Shown in pieces: positions 1 to 12,713 of a stretch of 64,000 nucleotides of DNA (the first letter of the stretch is position 1; the number at the start of each line of letters is the position of its first letter). Origin of the DNA: Bigelowiella natans CCMP2755 (lineage: Eukaryota; Protista; Cercozoa). The position numbers were made by a program, and so were the translations under genes. Below the pieces are notes generated by a model. The model worked only from the letters and a program-made list of their open reading frames with translations. It did no database searches and was not told the DNA's origin. Location: the NCBI GenBank assembly GCA_000320545.1, contig ADNK01000344.1, positions 1 through 64,000 of the forward strand, in the 5' to 3' direction.

Positions 1-5
1 ACTCG

Positions 6-196
6 CCTAACCCTAACCCTAACCCTAACCCTAACCCTAACCCTAACCCTAACCCTAACCCTAACCCTAACCCTAACCCTAACCCTAACCCTAACCCTAA
101 CCCTAACCCTAACCCTAACCCTAACCCTAACCCTAACCCTAACCCTAACCCTAACCCTAACCCTAACCCTAACCCTAACCCTAACCCTAACCCTAA
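6..196. repeat. Telomeric repeat array (CCCTAA)n = TTAGGG type, about 32 units; chromosome left end
   Basis: Uninterrupted CCCTAA units from the window start to 196, followed by degenerate units to about 255. Confidence 0.98.
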
Positions 197-256
197 CCCC
201 ACCAACCTCAATTCGACCAACCCCAAACCAACCAACCCCACCCCCAACCCTGACTA
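197..256. repeat. Degenerate proximal telomeric repeats (CCCCAA, CCCTGA, CCAA variants)
   Basis: ccccaccaacctcaattcgaccaaccccaaaccaaccaaccccacccccaaccctga directly follows the perfect array. Confidence 0.75.
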
Positions 257-673
257 TGACGCCACTGATTCTGACCCTGACTTTGCTGGATCTCTGATGA
301 AATCAATTGGCAGCATCTTAGTTTTGATCTCTGACTTTGCTGGAGCTTTGATGAAATCAATTGGTAGCATCTTAGTTTTGATCTCTGACTTTGCTGGAGC
401 TCTGATGAAATCAATTGGCAGCATCTTAGTTTTGATCTCTTGTCTGCTGCGACACGGGGATGACATCGCTTTAGCCATTGCATTGCTGCTGCCAGTTCTG
501 CTGCACACACTTTCACCACGTTGTCATGCTCGAGTGGGTTGACCTCATCTCTCGTGCCGGTCACGTTCCACTCTGTCTTCTTGTTGTGCGCAGTTCTCTG
601 GTGGAAGCTGCAACAGAGCTCGCAAAGTGAAGCTCAAAAGCCGACGTTCAATTTGGGAAAGCTGCTGCTGCTT

Positions 674-706
<33 letters not shown>

Positions 707-1620
707 ACGCGCGTGCACATTGCTTTGTGCCTGTGTTCTCCGCCGCAAATGCGAAGTTCACACGACGCTCATGTGTTCCAAGCGCAGTTGGATTGAGTGG
801 TGTTGCAATGAGGCTCAGCGCACAATGCACGCATGCACGTGTGGCAATGTTTGTCGTCGACATGAGGGAAAAGTTTCATGATGAATTTGAGACACGCACA
901 TGCAGGACCAGTCAGCCATAGTTGGCAACAATCCAGTTGCATTGCCCGCGGCACCACGTGACGCTATCCGTGCAATTGATGGATGGAATTGCAGCCAGTT
1001 GTTTCCGAAATTTCCCTTGCCTTGTTCAAATCAGGATGGAATTTTGCCGATTTGGATTGAGTCTGTGTGATCGACAACAAACCAATTGCAATGAGCAAAC
1101 ATGACTTGTGAGATCAAAGAGTTGTTGTTTGTCATCCACACACCTTCTTCATCCTGTCTGTTTTTTTCCATTGAGATTGGAGATCTTGATTCATCATCCA
1201 TGAGACTTTGACCTGCAAGATGAATGCAATGTGATGCCAATATTCATCACGGCGAGGTCGATGCAACCCAAAATCAAATTTGAGAGATTGGTGCTCTGTG
1301 AACGTCAGCCCAGTACCAATGATCCATTTTTCCACGAATTCAGAGTAAGATTCGCTCCATGTTTTCTTTCGAAACGTTTCAGGCCAGGAACCCTTCCTAC
1401 ATGAATGGGCCATCTTGAGTTGTCGTGTTTCTGAAGACATGCGATGAAATGTTTGGTCAGTTTGGCCTTCCTCACCTTTTGGCCCAAATTTTGTTTGCAC
1501 TTCGGCAAAAGCCAGGAGTCCACGGTGTTGTGCTAGCTTTTGCTGTTGCTGCTACTGTCATGCGGTTGCTGTTGCTGCTTCCTGAAGTCCCTGCACTGTT
1601 CTCCTTAGCATCTCTTTCAA
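254..1620 (-). pseudogene. Decayed, TpA-depleted coding-like remnant of unknown family in the subtelomere
   Basis: Frameshifted protein-like fragments (ORFs 1132-1500, 1031-1240, 769-957, 254-508) with His/Cys where Tyr would be expected, e.g. EYWHHIAFIL. No recognisable domain. Confidence 0.35.
278..439. repeat. Subtelomeric 54-bp tandem repeat, 3 copies
   Basis: Unit tgactttgctggagctctgatgaaatcaattggcagcatcttagttttgatctc occurs three times, giving 18-aa repeats (EIKTKMLPIDFIRAPAKS) in the minus-strand ORF. Confidence 0.95.
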
Positions 1621-2332
1621 AACATCAGAGACAAAGACGTTGGCTGACAAAATGACTGTGTAGCTACTTGTGAGAGAGTTTCAATGTGCATGTGTGTTGC
1701 AATTTCATAGATGTTGCTAGTGGTACATTGCAGCCTGTTCATGTGCCTCCTTCAGCAAATCTGCCATTGTTCTTTTGAACCTGGACGATGCGCAACATGC
1801 AAACACACACAGTAGCAAATCTGAGTGGAGAGGAAAGAATCGTCAAAAACTGTCACCTAGCATCTTTACATCCAATGCATTTCAATCAAACTGCTGTTAT
1901 TGTGTTTGCATGTGTGATTTCATTAGTGCTACCCTTCAGAATCCCCTGGTAGTGCCTCACTTAATCTTCGTAATGATTTGCGTGCGTAACTAGAAAACAC
2001 ACATTCACCGTTACTTGTCACGCTTGCACAGAGATTAAAAAAAAGGGGGAAGAGATAGGAGAGAGAGAAAGAGAGGGGGGGGGAGAGAGAGAGAGAGAGA
2101 GATTCATCGTAACATTTTCTGTGATGACAGGAAAACTGAGCCGAGAGATACAATGCTAACTATACAGTAATCTAAATTTTGATGAATTGTAATGATGAAT
2201 CGCACTCACGTTAAAGCTTGTATTTTAAAGTGAATTATCCTTTTTTGCGTTAAGCTGAGAATATCATTAAAAGTTTGAATGATCTAATAACGGCTGCAGT
2301 AGAACACATTGTAAAGATAGAAGAACTATTTT

Positions 2333-4857
2333 TATATTTGAAGGATGTAAACCAATTTCACAAATCTGTTGCGAACGATATTGTTAATACAAGTACTACC
2401 GACCGGTATTTTATGACGTTGATCATAAATGGGTTTTGCAACTGCTTCTTTGTTTCTAGGAGTACTAGTGTTTCCTCGTCCTCTTGCATTGAATGCGGAT
2501 ATGTCTGTAATGCCTTTTGCAATGCAATTTGAATCCTCTCCAGCCTTTCATAAAATTCATATCAATCAACGATTTGCAATTTTGAGAAAGGGCATCGTGA
2601 TAAAAGCGATAATATTTGAGATAAGTGCTCACAAGAACCATGTAAAAAGTTCTGATTGTTACCCATATCAATGAAAATGATGCTCGTAGATTTCATCACA
2701 GTAAATATTTACATAGTTCACACCATCTTTCTTCTTGCTCTGCAGATGTGACTCCAAGGGAAGGACCTGAGAACAACATAATTCATGCTTCAATTCTATC
2801 ACCACATGATGCGGAGTGAAATGGTGGGGGTATAAAGATTGAGAATTAGTGGATGAATATCTTGACCTTGATGGGACATTTCGAATTTATTTGCCAGAGT
2901 AACTCTTAGAATCATGAGTTCCTCTGGACTGATGTACCTTAAGGAGGAGGAGGGAGAAAATGGTCGAAATCAACAACATCATAATGATGAGTTTACGAAC
3001 TAATACTAATCAAGCATATCAAAATCAACAACATCATAATGATGAGTTTACGAACTAATACTAATCAAGCATATCGGGTTATACGTTCTGTATACTACCA
3101 GCATCCTTCAAGTTGCAGATCATAGTATACCTACAGAATAAGTAGTGACTTATTAGCATTAGCTGTCGAAGAAAAACCCAAAGCGAGTTCTCTCAACAAT
3201 ACAATTTTTCCTTCTCATTTCGTTTATCTTTAGTGGCAACAACATAGCAGTACTTACGATAGCATTGTCATTTAGTTTTTTAAAAATGATTCTTACTCAA
3301 AACCTTTTGAGGCTCTTGATCGTCGCCTTCTCCTTCAACCTTGTAGTGAAAGTCTGGAATACCAAGTTCCAAAAGCTTTGCCTCCTTTAATATTAAGCTC
3401 TCTAACGTACCAATATAAAAGAAATACAAGTTCGATTATTTTCTTCTTTATTTATAATACATTTTAACAGAATGCGTTTACCCCTCCTCAACCCCTTCTT
3501 TCAGCATAACTGATTTATTAACATCGTCCCCCTCCCCTCACACTAATATACTTTTATCCGGTGTATTTTCAGCATATTTCTGCCATCATCTCCAACAAAT
3601 TACATGACAAATAATTGCATGTCAAGTGAGCCTTTACTACCTCTTTTGGTGGTCTTAAGTGTTTTCATAGGAATACGTACTGTAACAGATTCGTATTTGT
3701 TGTTTAGTTCAGCAAAGCCCCTGGTCTAAAACGAGTAGTAAATAGAGCATTAGGAGGGATATCATGGTAGTGTTACTAATCAGACAATGATGCAACAGCA
3801 AGAGGAAAGTTCTTCTAATTAGTCTTGCAATCATGATCAAACATAAACTATTTCCTCATCCCCATAATGGTTAACAGTTTAGTGTGTACATGAATGGATC
3901 ATTATCATCACCACCACCATCATCCAGCACCTTCATAAGAAGAGAGTTCGACTTCGATACGCCATAGCTTTGATACAGTTGCATTCCTGAATATAGTTTT
4001 ATATCTTCTGATGAATACAGATATAGATATTTACTCTTTATTATTACGATAAAAATTGATGACATGAAATACTATCCTCAAAATCATCATCATCATAATT
4101 CATCAACATCATCATTTATTCATTCTTCATTCCTTAATTCACATCATTGTGACCGTTTCCAAGAGGAGATTCTTTTGAAGATTGGACCTTATATAATATC
4201 ATCAAAACAGGGAGTTGAATAATATCAAAGAGAACTATATACTACCACACGTGAACAACAACCCACCCTCTAATTATTAAATATATGTAGTAAATGAATA
4301 TTTTACACGTAGAGTTAGTTAAGAAAGCTTCACACAGAATATGCACAATAAACACAGTTGTTCACAACGGATAGTAAACGTTAGTTGATCACCTCTATAG
4401 CCTTTTCAGAGTCAGACCTTTTGTTGTGCAGAGGAGAAGAAAAAGCGAAGGAAATAATAGATTATTAGAATCTAAGAGGAGGACAAGGTCATGAGCAAGA
4501 TATTTATTCTATTCATAGCAAGCTCGATGCCAATATGAATTTTAAGTACTAATACCATTTCCATTTAAGAATGTTGGTTTCACTTGAGTGATTGGCCAAG
4601 TCCGCCACAGGTACGAGACACATAATCTAAGCATTAGGAAAAAAATTAAGGGTATCTTCACCGCACTTTCTTCTTAGATGCTGCATTTACTTAAGATGTG
4701 CTTTAAATCTTTTATAACTGTTGTGTTTCCTATTTCTAAGTGCACTTCTGTCATATTTCACGAGTAAGCGAATAGCTTAACCACCAGTGGAAAAGAAAGA
4801 ATTGTCATGATAATGTAAATACACAAGATGCACATATGAATAATATTAACATATGAA

Positions 4858-4897
<40 letters not shown>

Positions 4898-5150
4898 CGT
4901 ATATTATTTATGTGTGTGTGGGTGTGTGGAGGGAGAGAGGGGCGGTGTGAATAAATAGATGACCCCCCATTTGCCAATCTCAACGATATGCGCTCGTGAC
5001 GTCACAAGGAGAATTGCGTACATTGCATACTCAATCTTCTCCAAATACCTATGAAAACATCCATGGATACTAGTCAATAGCGTAAGCTACAGCACCACCG
5101 TAATGTCACATATTCATTATTTGTCATCCATATGTATATGAGGTACGACT

Positions 5151-5185
<35 letters not shown>

Positions 5186-5759
5186 GTATTACTTTCGCGA
5201 AAACTTCGCTGAATATTGTTTCATGAAACTCAAAAGTGCTTTGGCTTGCTGCTTGAGTTTTTTCTTTTCTTCCTGCAACTGTGCACGTAGTCCAGTACTT
5301 CGTAGTTCGCGTTTACAATCAATCACTTGTAACGAGGCGGAGGAGGAGGAGGTGTGAGAATTAACGTCTTTCCTGTTCTTTTTCTTCTTCTTTTTGCAAG
5401 CAAGGATAGGATGATTCTTCATAGATTCTAGAGATGGGAGATAGCTCAAGTAAGGACCGAACTTGGAATAATTTGAGGACATTTCCGAGAGAACAAACAA
5501 CGCCATCCTAACAACAATGGGTTATTGCGATCATAACATATGAGTGAGAAAAAGCAATATTGCGCTGAAGCAAGCAATATTAATAGCGAACACATCACCG
5601 TCCATCGTCCTATGTAACGATTACTCCTATTACTCCTACTGCAACCAACAAAAACCACCTTGATATTGGATCATAACCCTGAGTGTGAAAACTGCGGAGC
5701 TCTGGCATCATACTGTACACATTTTCCTGAGAATTATAATCATCACCATTTTATCATCA

Positions 5760-5802
<43 letters not shown>

Positions 5803-7229
5803 TTTAAAATAGAATATAACATCATTCATCGAAGTCAGCAAAGGGGGGCAGATGCGTGGAAGTAAGATAGTGATCATGGATTTATATTTTCAATCAAATC
5901 TTCTAACCTCAGTTATGATAAGAGTTTCAGGTATTTGCATTATCACTTCTCCCTTATAAGGCCAACTAAAAAGTATTTAGTGAGGGCAAGTCGATGTGAA
6001 AATTTCAGTTCTAATATTTAAAAATTATTGCATGTTGATCCTATTTGCAGTAATAGTAGTAGTAGTGGTAGTAGTGGTAGAGGTAATTGTATTTATTGTT
6101 AGTGATAGTAAGTCAGTAGAAAGTTGATACACAACGATCACTTTGCATATACTTTGTCCATTGAAACTATCCAATTCATCTATTGTGATGTAAAATATTG
6201 TACCCAAATCCCCAATCGCTCTGGAAGTAAACACCAGCATCTTCTTCTGCATTCCTGATAAAGAAATGTCCAAGTATTAATGCAAATATGAGAATGAAGA
6301 TCCTGCTATTCTATACACACACAAAAAACATATCATAAAATAAGTAAATACACAAATCATACGCTCCATCACCTCTAAAAGAGATATAATTTTTGACGAA
6401 GCCATTGTTCTCACGAATCCAATTTACAGCCTCAAAATGTGGTCCAAATTCATGTTTTAGGGTGCTTGCTCTTGTTTTCTGCAGTTGATAAACGTGAAAG
6501 AAAATATGATGTTACACGCCATCATTGTTGCTTCAAAGCAAAATTCTTTCGAGTTTTTGCCAACATTTTGTAAGAATGCACGTGAATAAAGCACCTCTGA
6601 GTAACACTCCTCTGAGTTAAAGAGACAGTTTAGTCCAGATGTTGAAAGCAACATCGAGGAGGATGGGAAAAAATAGTAGGACACCAACATTGCACATATG
6701 CTTATGATCAGGGTATATGCTCCGGCCTGTGAAACGCCAAAGAAGTAGTAATAAGCGAGTAATAAGATGGTGTAGGGACAGAGTCAGAATTCAAACATTT
6801 CTTGGGTAAGAAGGCTTTCCTGAAGAAGGAGAGCAGCTTACATGCTGTTGTAGCAGCAGCATGATGGATAGAAAGAAGCATCTCAGTTGCAAATAGTGCA
6901 GTAATTATGACCTCTAACATTCTTTCTACTTTAGGATTTGCTTCCACAAATTCTTCAATCTTGTTGAGATCCATGAAATCTTCTGGGTTCATTTGCTTTT
7001 GATAACGAATAGCTCTACCCCTCCTTCTTCTACCGTAGTTGCTGCGTTGAGGGTTTCTTCGTGGTTTCGTCGTTTCTAAATTGTCACTTCTTCTAACACT
7101 TTCGCTTGTCACTCTAGCCCTCCGAATTAAGGTACTCGCGGGTACCGGACCCCCTTCATCTTGTTTTGCGTCTTGAATATCAACGGGTTGGGGGGCGGTG
7201 GCGGTTCGATTGGAAGATTCACCCGTCAT
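2333..7229 (-). CDS. SET-domain protein lysine methyltransferase, Rubisco LSMT/SETD3-SETD4-like, multi-exon, with hydrophobic N-terminal region
   Basis: Exon motifs in order: GEVIMQIPETLII (~5950), MALFVLSEMSSNYSKFGPYLSYLP (~5480), YAILLVTSRA (~5010), CLVPVADLANHS (~4600), QLYQSYGVSKSNSLL (~3960), and LSMT substrate-binding-like ALQTYPHSMQEDEETL...VIKYR (~2500-2400). First exon corresponds to ORF 6708-7274. Ends approximate; linkage of the N-terminal exons is inferred. Confidence 0.78.
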
Positions 7230-7441
7230 AGTGAACGCTGTGGGGGGTGGAGAAGGAGAACGATGAGAACACAACTATTTTTCAGTTGTTGCTTTAGCCA
7301 GACACAGATTCCTTTCACCAGCCCCAGCAGCAGCAGTGGGAGGAGGAGGAGGAGGAGGAGGAGGAGGAGGAGGAGGAGGAGGAGCAGCAGCAGCAACAGA
7401 GGTAGGTGAAAGAGTAGTAAGCGGTCCTCCTCTCTTTCTCT

Positions 7442-7484
<43 letters not shown>

Positions 7485-7818
7485 CTCTCGTAGGCAGCTG
7501 ATGATATTATCCTTGATGTTGTAGCAGTCGGTGTTTGTCGCTGTCCTGTCGTTCTTAAGTCATCCTAGATCAGAAAAACCAAGTCGCAGGTCTAAAAATG
7601 GCATGGAAATCATCATCATTTGTGTGTGCATGTGCGTGGGTTATGTCGTATTTCCCAAACAGCCTGTATTTTATCATCGTCGTCTGTGTGTTTGTTTGTC
7701 GTCGTAGCGTGACGTGACCATCCATCCCCTCCCTGTTCGTACAATACAACACACAGATAGACAGACAGCGACTATCTAGGAAGAACAAAGAAGTGGAGGA
7801 GGCAAACGTCATACCATA

Positions 7819-7935
7819 ATGAACTTGACACAACTGGAGGCCCGACAAGAGGCGAATGTCTACCTGCTTAACGCACTTACATCTCGTCTTCAGGTGAGTG
7901 AGCGGTCGCGTCGATCAATTTGTCGTTGTGTAGCG

Positions 7936-7976
<41 letters not shown>

Positions 7977-8694
7977 AAACGAGAAACACAGCGAGGAAGT
8001 GGGTTGATACGAATTAGAAAATGAAGGAGGAAATAGGGGTCGAATCTTAGTCTCTGGAGCCCAATTAAGGGCAATAACAGTCGATATCATGTGATTAATG
8101 AATTAGATCCTAGAGGCAACTATGGTTTATGATCAAGACGATCGCACCAAGAACAACAGCGAGAATAACAACAAGAGTAGAAAGAAGGTAATTCAGATAT
8201 GTAGATGCGAAAATGCATCATCTCTCAACTGCCTCAGAGCTGCAGCTACCTGCTGTATTGCTTATGTTAATCTATTTTTAGTATATAAGCAACACAATGA
8301 TATCAGTAAAGATAATACTGCTAAGATCATGTTTCATTTATCAACCTTTTATGAATTCTAACAAAACTGCACCACTATTATGGGTTTATTTCAAGAAGAT
8401 TAAAAAAGAAAGGAAGAAGAATGCTGGAGGAGGTGGTGGTGGTAAGAACAAGAAGGATGAGAAAAGCATATACTTTTCGCCTCCTCCGTTATCTAGCGCC
8501 TCTATCCCTAAAGATTTTAAGGGAATTCATGTAGACATCGACAAGGATCTGATGGGTATTGACTCTGATGTCCAAAAAAGGTAGCAGTGGCAGTAGCACT
8601 AGCAGCAGCAGCAGCAGATGATGATCATAATGGTGGTCACGATGAAGTAGCCAGTTCGGTGCTCTGGTTATTTCTCTAATGCTACTACTACTAT

Positions 8695-8729
<35 letters not shown>

Positions 8730-9015
8730 ACATTTTGATTAGACTCCGGAGACTGTGCAACGATATTCCGGTAGTAATGATGAACTGAAACGTGTTGTTG
8801 AGCAACTTGGTCTGTGAGGATGAAAAAGAAGAAGAAGAAGAAGAAGAAGAACAAGAACAATATTGGGCAGATGTTGATCTAGCTTGTGGTTTTGAATATA
8901 TGAGTGAGTAGTAAAAGTGTTTACTGAGCTATTGATTATTTTACTGCATTCAAAGGTACCTAGTGCAAAGTTTAAGCGCGCGCCATCCGACTACTATGAT
9001 TGGGATCTGGAGCAA

Positions 9016-9056
<41 letters not shown>

Positions 9057-10871
9057 CTTCTTCTTTTTACTTATCTTTCCCCTTTCCTTTCCTTCACTTT
9101 TGGATTATCTCATTCCATGATTTGCCAATCACTGATATTCTCTTTTGTGATAAATTTTTGATTATTATCAGTCGAGACTGCCTACAAGCACCGCATATTA
9201 ACTATCTCTGCAAGACTATGGTAGCAGCAGCAGCAGTAGTAGTAGTAGAAGAAGTATGAGGAGAAGAAAAACAAAAGGGAGGAAGGAGGAGGATATCAAT
9301 TGTTGCTGGGTTATATCCTGATGATGAAATAATGATGAAATGATGTTGGCATGCAAGCAGGATAAAAAGAAGAAGAAGAACACCTCAACTAATTCCAGAC
9401 ATATTTATGAGTATTTTCTACTTATGTTACTTGCTAATCGTGTATCATCTGTCCGTAATTTAGACACTGCTACTGCTGCTGCTGCTGCTGCTGATTCTGT
9501 TTAGATCATGAGGAATACGAAGACAAATGCCACTGATTGCTCAGATAGGACGAATTCAAAGTATTATTATCAGTGAAATGATGATAATAATGATGATGAT
9601 GATAATAAAAAGTCCTCCTTTTCCCCTGCCACTTAAAGAACACTTCATTCCAAGCAGTCACCATTGTAATTTATGTAGTTTATCCTATTGATTGTGTATT
9701 GATGAGAAGAGAATGTTGGTGTACAGGTATTACATGATTGTCATCCAATATACAGCAAAAATGAATAAGGTATAGCAAATTTGATGATGCGACAAAAAAA
9801 GCATTAAGATAAATGTATGATAGATGATAAATATGCTGTCTGCGTGTGTGTGTGTGTGTGTGTGTTGACATAATATGGTATTCTGATTATTATACCTAGG
9901 AAAAATTGCAGAAGATTGTGCGCTTTTTGCGGCCTGAGAAGGAGAGGTATGACCGTGTGTGTCAGGCAGTGAATCAGCCGTCGTCGTCGTAAGACCCTTA
10001 GCGCCGTCTAACCCTATAAATATAAACTTGTTAAATATCATTGTTATCGATGACGATTACGATTATGATATTTCTGTTTACTACTTCTTCTCAGAATGAG
10101 CAAGAAGAGCGTAAATATGCGGGTAGCAAGCCCAGAGGTAGTAGACTTTAATCGACAACTGTGCCTGTTTGTCATCGAATCAATTAATATGAACAACGAC
10201 GAGAAATAAGAAAGAGAGAGACTAAGCAAGAGAAAGACTCGACGCTATGTCATGGTATAAGCTAAAGAAGAAACAGGGTTAGGGATCTCAAATCAATAAA
10301 ATAGTATGTTTCTTTCATATGAGGCTGTTTACCATTATTGTTACCAATCATTATCATCATTATCTGTGATCGGTCGTTGTCGTTTAGCAGCAGCAGCAGC
10401 AGAAGCAGAATAGTACTACATATGATACATGATGTAACAATGCGAACAGGATGGGGTAATGCTGAGTGGATTCGGCCACAACGCTGTCACTCCACTGGGT
10501 ACATAACAATGTTCTTCTTCGTCGTCGTCGTCGTCACATAGTAACATCAACAACACCGACTGAAACAGTGACAGTGCCGATTTTAATGATAATGGCTGGG
10601 TTGATAATTTGTTAGGAATGGCCGTTAAAGTGCCAATGATTGTCTCACATCGCGTATTGGAGGTGGTTATGTAAGACTAATAAAATATCTTTCATATTTG
10701 TTAAACTACTACTACTACTATGTAAGACACTTACTGATTGAGTCGGTGAGGTTTGATCGTTGTTAGTTACCCTACATCTGGCTTGGAGGGGGAGAAGTAG
10801 ACGTTAAATTGCGCATGTCTATCTCGGACCTCTGCAGAGTCTTCAATCCCATCATCGGGGACTTGGGCTAA
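7819..10871 (+). CDS. YbaK/ProX-like aminoacyl-tRNA editing (deacylase) domain protein, about 9-10 exons
   Basis: GT-AG bounded exons read MNLTQLEARQE..., FKRAPSDYYDWDLEQR, RDCLQAPHINYLCKTM, IMRNT...DRTNSK, YYMIVIQY, NMRVASPE, LSGFGHNAVTPLG, VPMIVSHRV, YIWLGGGEVDVKL...DLG*. These match the eukaryotic YbaK-domain family. Confidence 0.85.
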
Positions 10872-11589
10872 GAAAGTAGTAGAGTCGGTGACGGACATCA
10901 TAATAGTAAGAATAATAAGCGTAAATACCGCATCAGTTATCAATAGTAGTAGAAACTCGCATATCATCGCAACAATGGCTTTCAAAAGAAGGGGCGGAAT
11001 TCAGCACAATGTAGTATCGTAGTGCTGGTGGGCCGGTATACAGGTGAAGGACGACAGGATGGTATTTTTTCATAATCAAAACAGCTATCGACGACATTAC
11101 TATGGCCATTTGCTGATTGACCCATTTATGATTTCAATAGAGCTCATTAGTGAACTACTTGCATCATTAGTCTTCTTCCTTTGTTGCTGAAAATGCTTAA
11201 GTGATGATTTAACCGCGTTTGCAACAGCTAGCTGCAACTATGTAATAAAGCGACACATGACATTTGTAGGCTTCGCCGCGAGTAGTTCAGCGATTTGCTG
11301 TGCCAATGATTTCGTTATGCCAATGCTACAGCGCTGCCTTCCTCTCATCCAAGTGCTCATGTGTTCCCACATCAGTGGGGTTGCATTCACAGAAGATTGA
11401 CGGCGATGAGCACGCATGCACATGTTGGCTTCAAGCAGCATTGTGAAGGACATCATTTATAGCAACAAGAAGAAACTTCAATCTCGCACCGCTAATCCAA
11501 CAGTGGAGCGCTAGAAGTGCAATGTGCACGCTTCATCTCACATCATCATCAGCAAACCTAGACACGTCCGTGCACCTAGATGTAATCCA

Positions 11590-11870
11590 GTAGTGCTGGA
11601 GTGCGTGACATGCACAACATGCCAAAAACCATCTCACAATGCATCTCACATCACCAGCACGCGTCCAGTAGTAGTGCTAGAGTGCGCACATGCGTGACAT
11701 GCACAACACACCAAAAACCATCTCACAATGCATCTCACATCACCAGCACGCGTCCAGTAGTGGTGCTACATGGACTAGTGGAGTGCGTGCATGCGTGACA
11801 TGCACAACACACCAAAAACCACTTCACAATGCATCTCACATCACACAGCTAGCCAGCACGCGTCCATGCG
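11590..11870. repeat. Degenerate tandem repeat, about 3 copies of 85-105 bp, inside a TpA-depleted block
   Basis: Core gcgtgacatgcacaaca(tg/ca)ccaaaaacca...cacaatgcatctcacatcac at about 11604, 11692 and 11794. Confidence 0.9.
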
Positions 11871-12713
11871 CTTGTAGATGTGCGTGGTGCATGACATGCA
11901 CAAAACTGAAAACGAATGCGCACGCATGCCTAATGGCACGTGAAGGTCAATGTTTGCTCTCTTCACTGCATTCGCATAGCGCACAAAAGTCACACAACAA
12001 CGTGAAGATCAGCGCAATTGCATCGCACTCGAGACCTCGCAACACATACGATGTGTGTCTCACTCAGTCTAGCAGTGCGCAGGATGGCAAGCTAGCAAGC
12101 GGCACATGTGCAAGCATGGTTTCAGGTACATCTGTGCACAGATGTTTGTTGTTGTGCTGCATGTACGCACAGCACTAGAGCAGTGCAAATGCATTTTGAG
12201 AATGAGCTGTCAGAATCCAGATTCGTGCTGGTCGATCGATGATGTGGCCGAACATTGACCATTGTCATGCTCAGAGTGATTTTGTGCACACAACTAGACA
12301 TTCTCGCAAGCGAAAACCCCACGATCACGTCCAAAGACATCTGATTGGCAGTCAGTTTGCAACGCACACAGATGCTGCACGTACGCTTGCATGCATGAAT
12401 GAATTTTGTTATGATGAACATGTGCAGTTTTATTAATCGTCCTTTTTTGTCTCCATGAAAGTAGAATAAAGTTCTTTACCGACATAAAATACTCCGCATG
12501 TAAGGATAACAGCCAACATAGTTTCGGTCCAAGAGACAGTGTCGCCACCCCCCTGTTTCAAGTTATAATACAATTTAGATGCACTTGACATATGCCGATG
12601 AAGCGCTTAGACCTCACTATATCTCTAGTGTCCAATTTATATTGCATTGTCACCCAAAATCTCAATAAAAAAATGTGCAAGGATAGAGGTAAGAGTATTC
12701 TAGGTTTGTATTT

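Noticed and set aside
1-5. Non-telomeric actcg before the telomere array
   Set aside because: Probably read-end or adapter noise; too short to interpret.
769-957. HVDD as a mutated RT YVDD motif, suggesting a telomere-associated retroelement
   Set aside because: No other RT motifs at the proper spacing; four residues are insufficient.
11601-12421. His/Cys-rich ORFs (e.g. 11690-12178, 162 aa) resembling metal-binding proteins
   Set aside because: They arise from a tandem repeat plus TA loss, which removes TAA/TAG stops and turns Tyr codons into His/Cys. All frames are similarly open.
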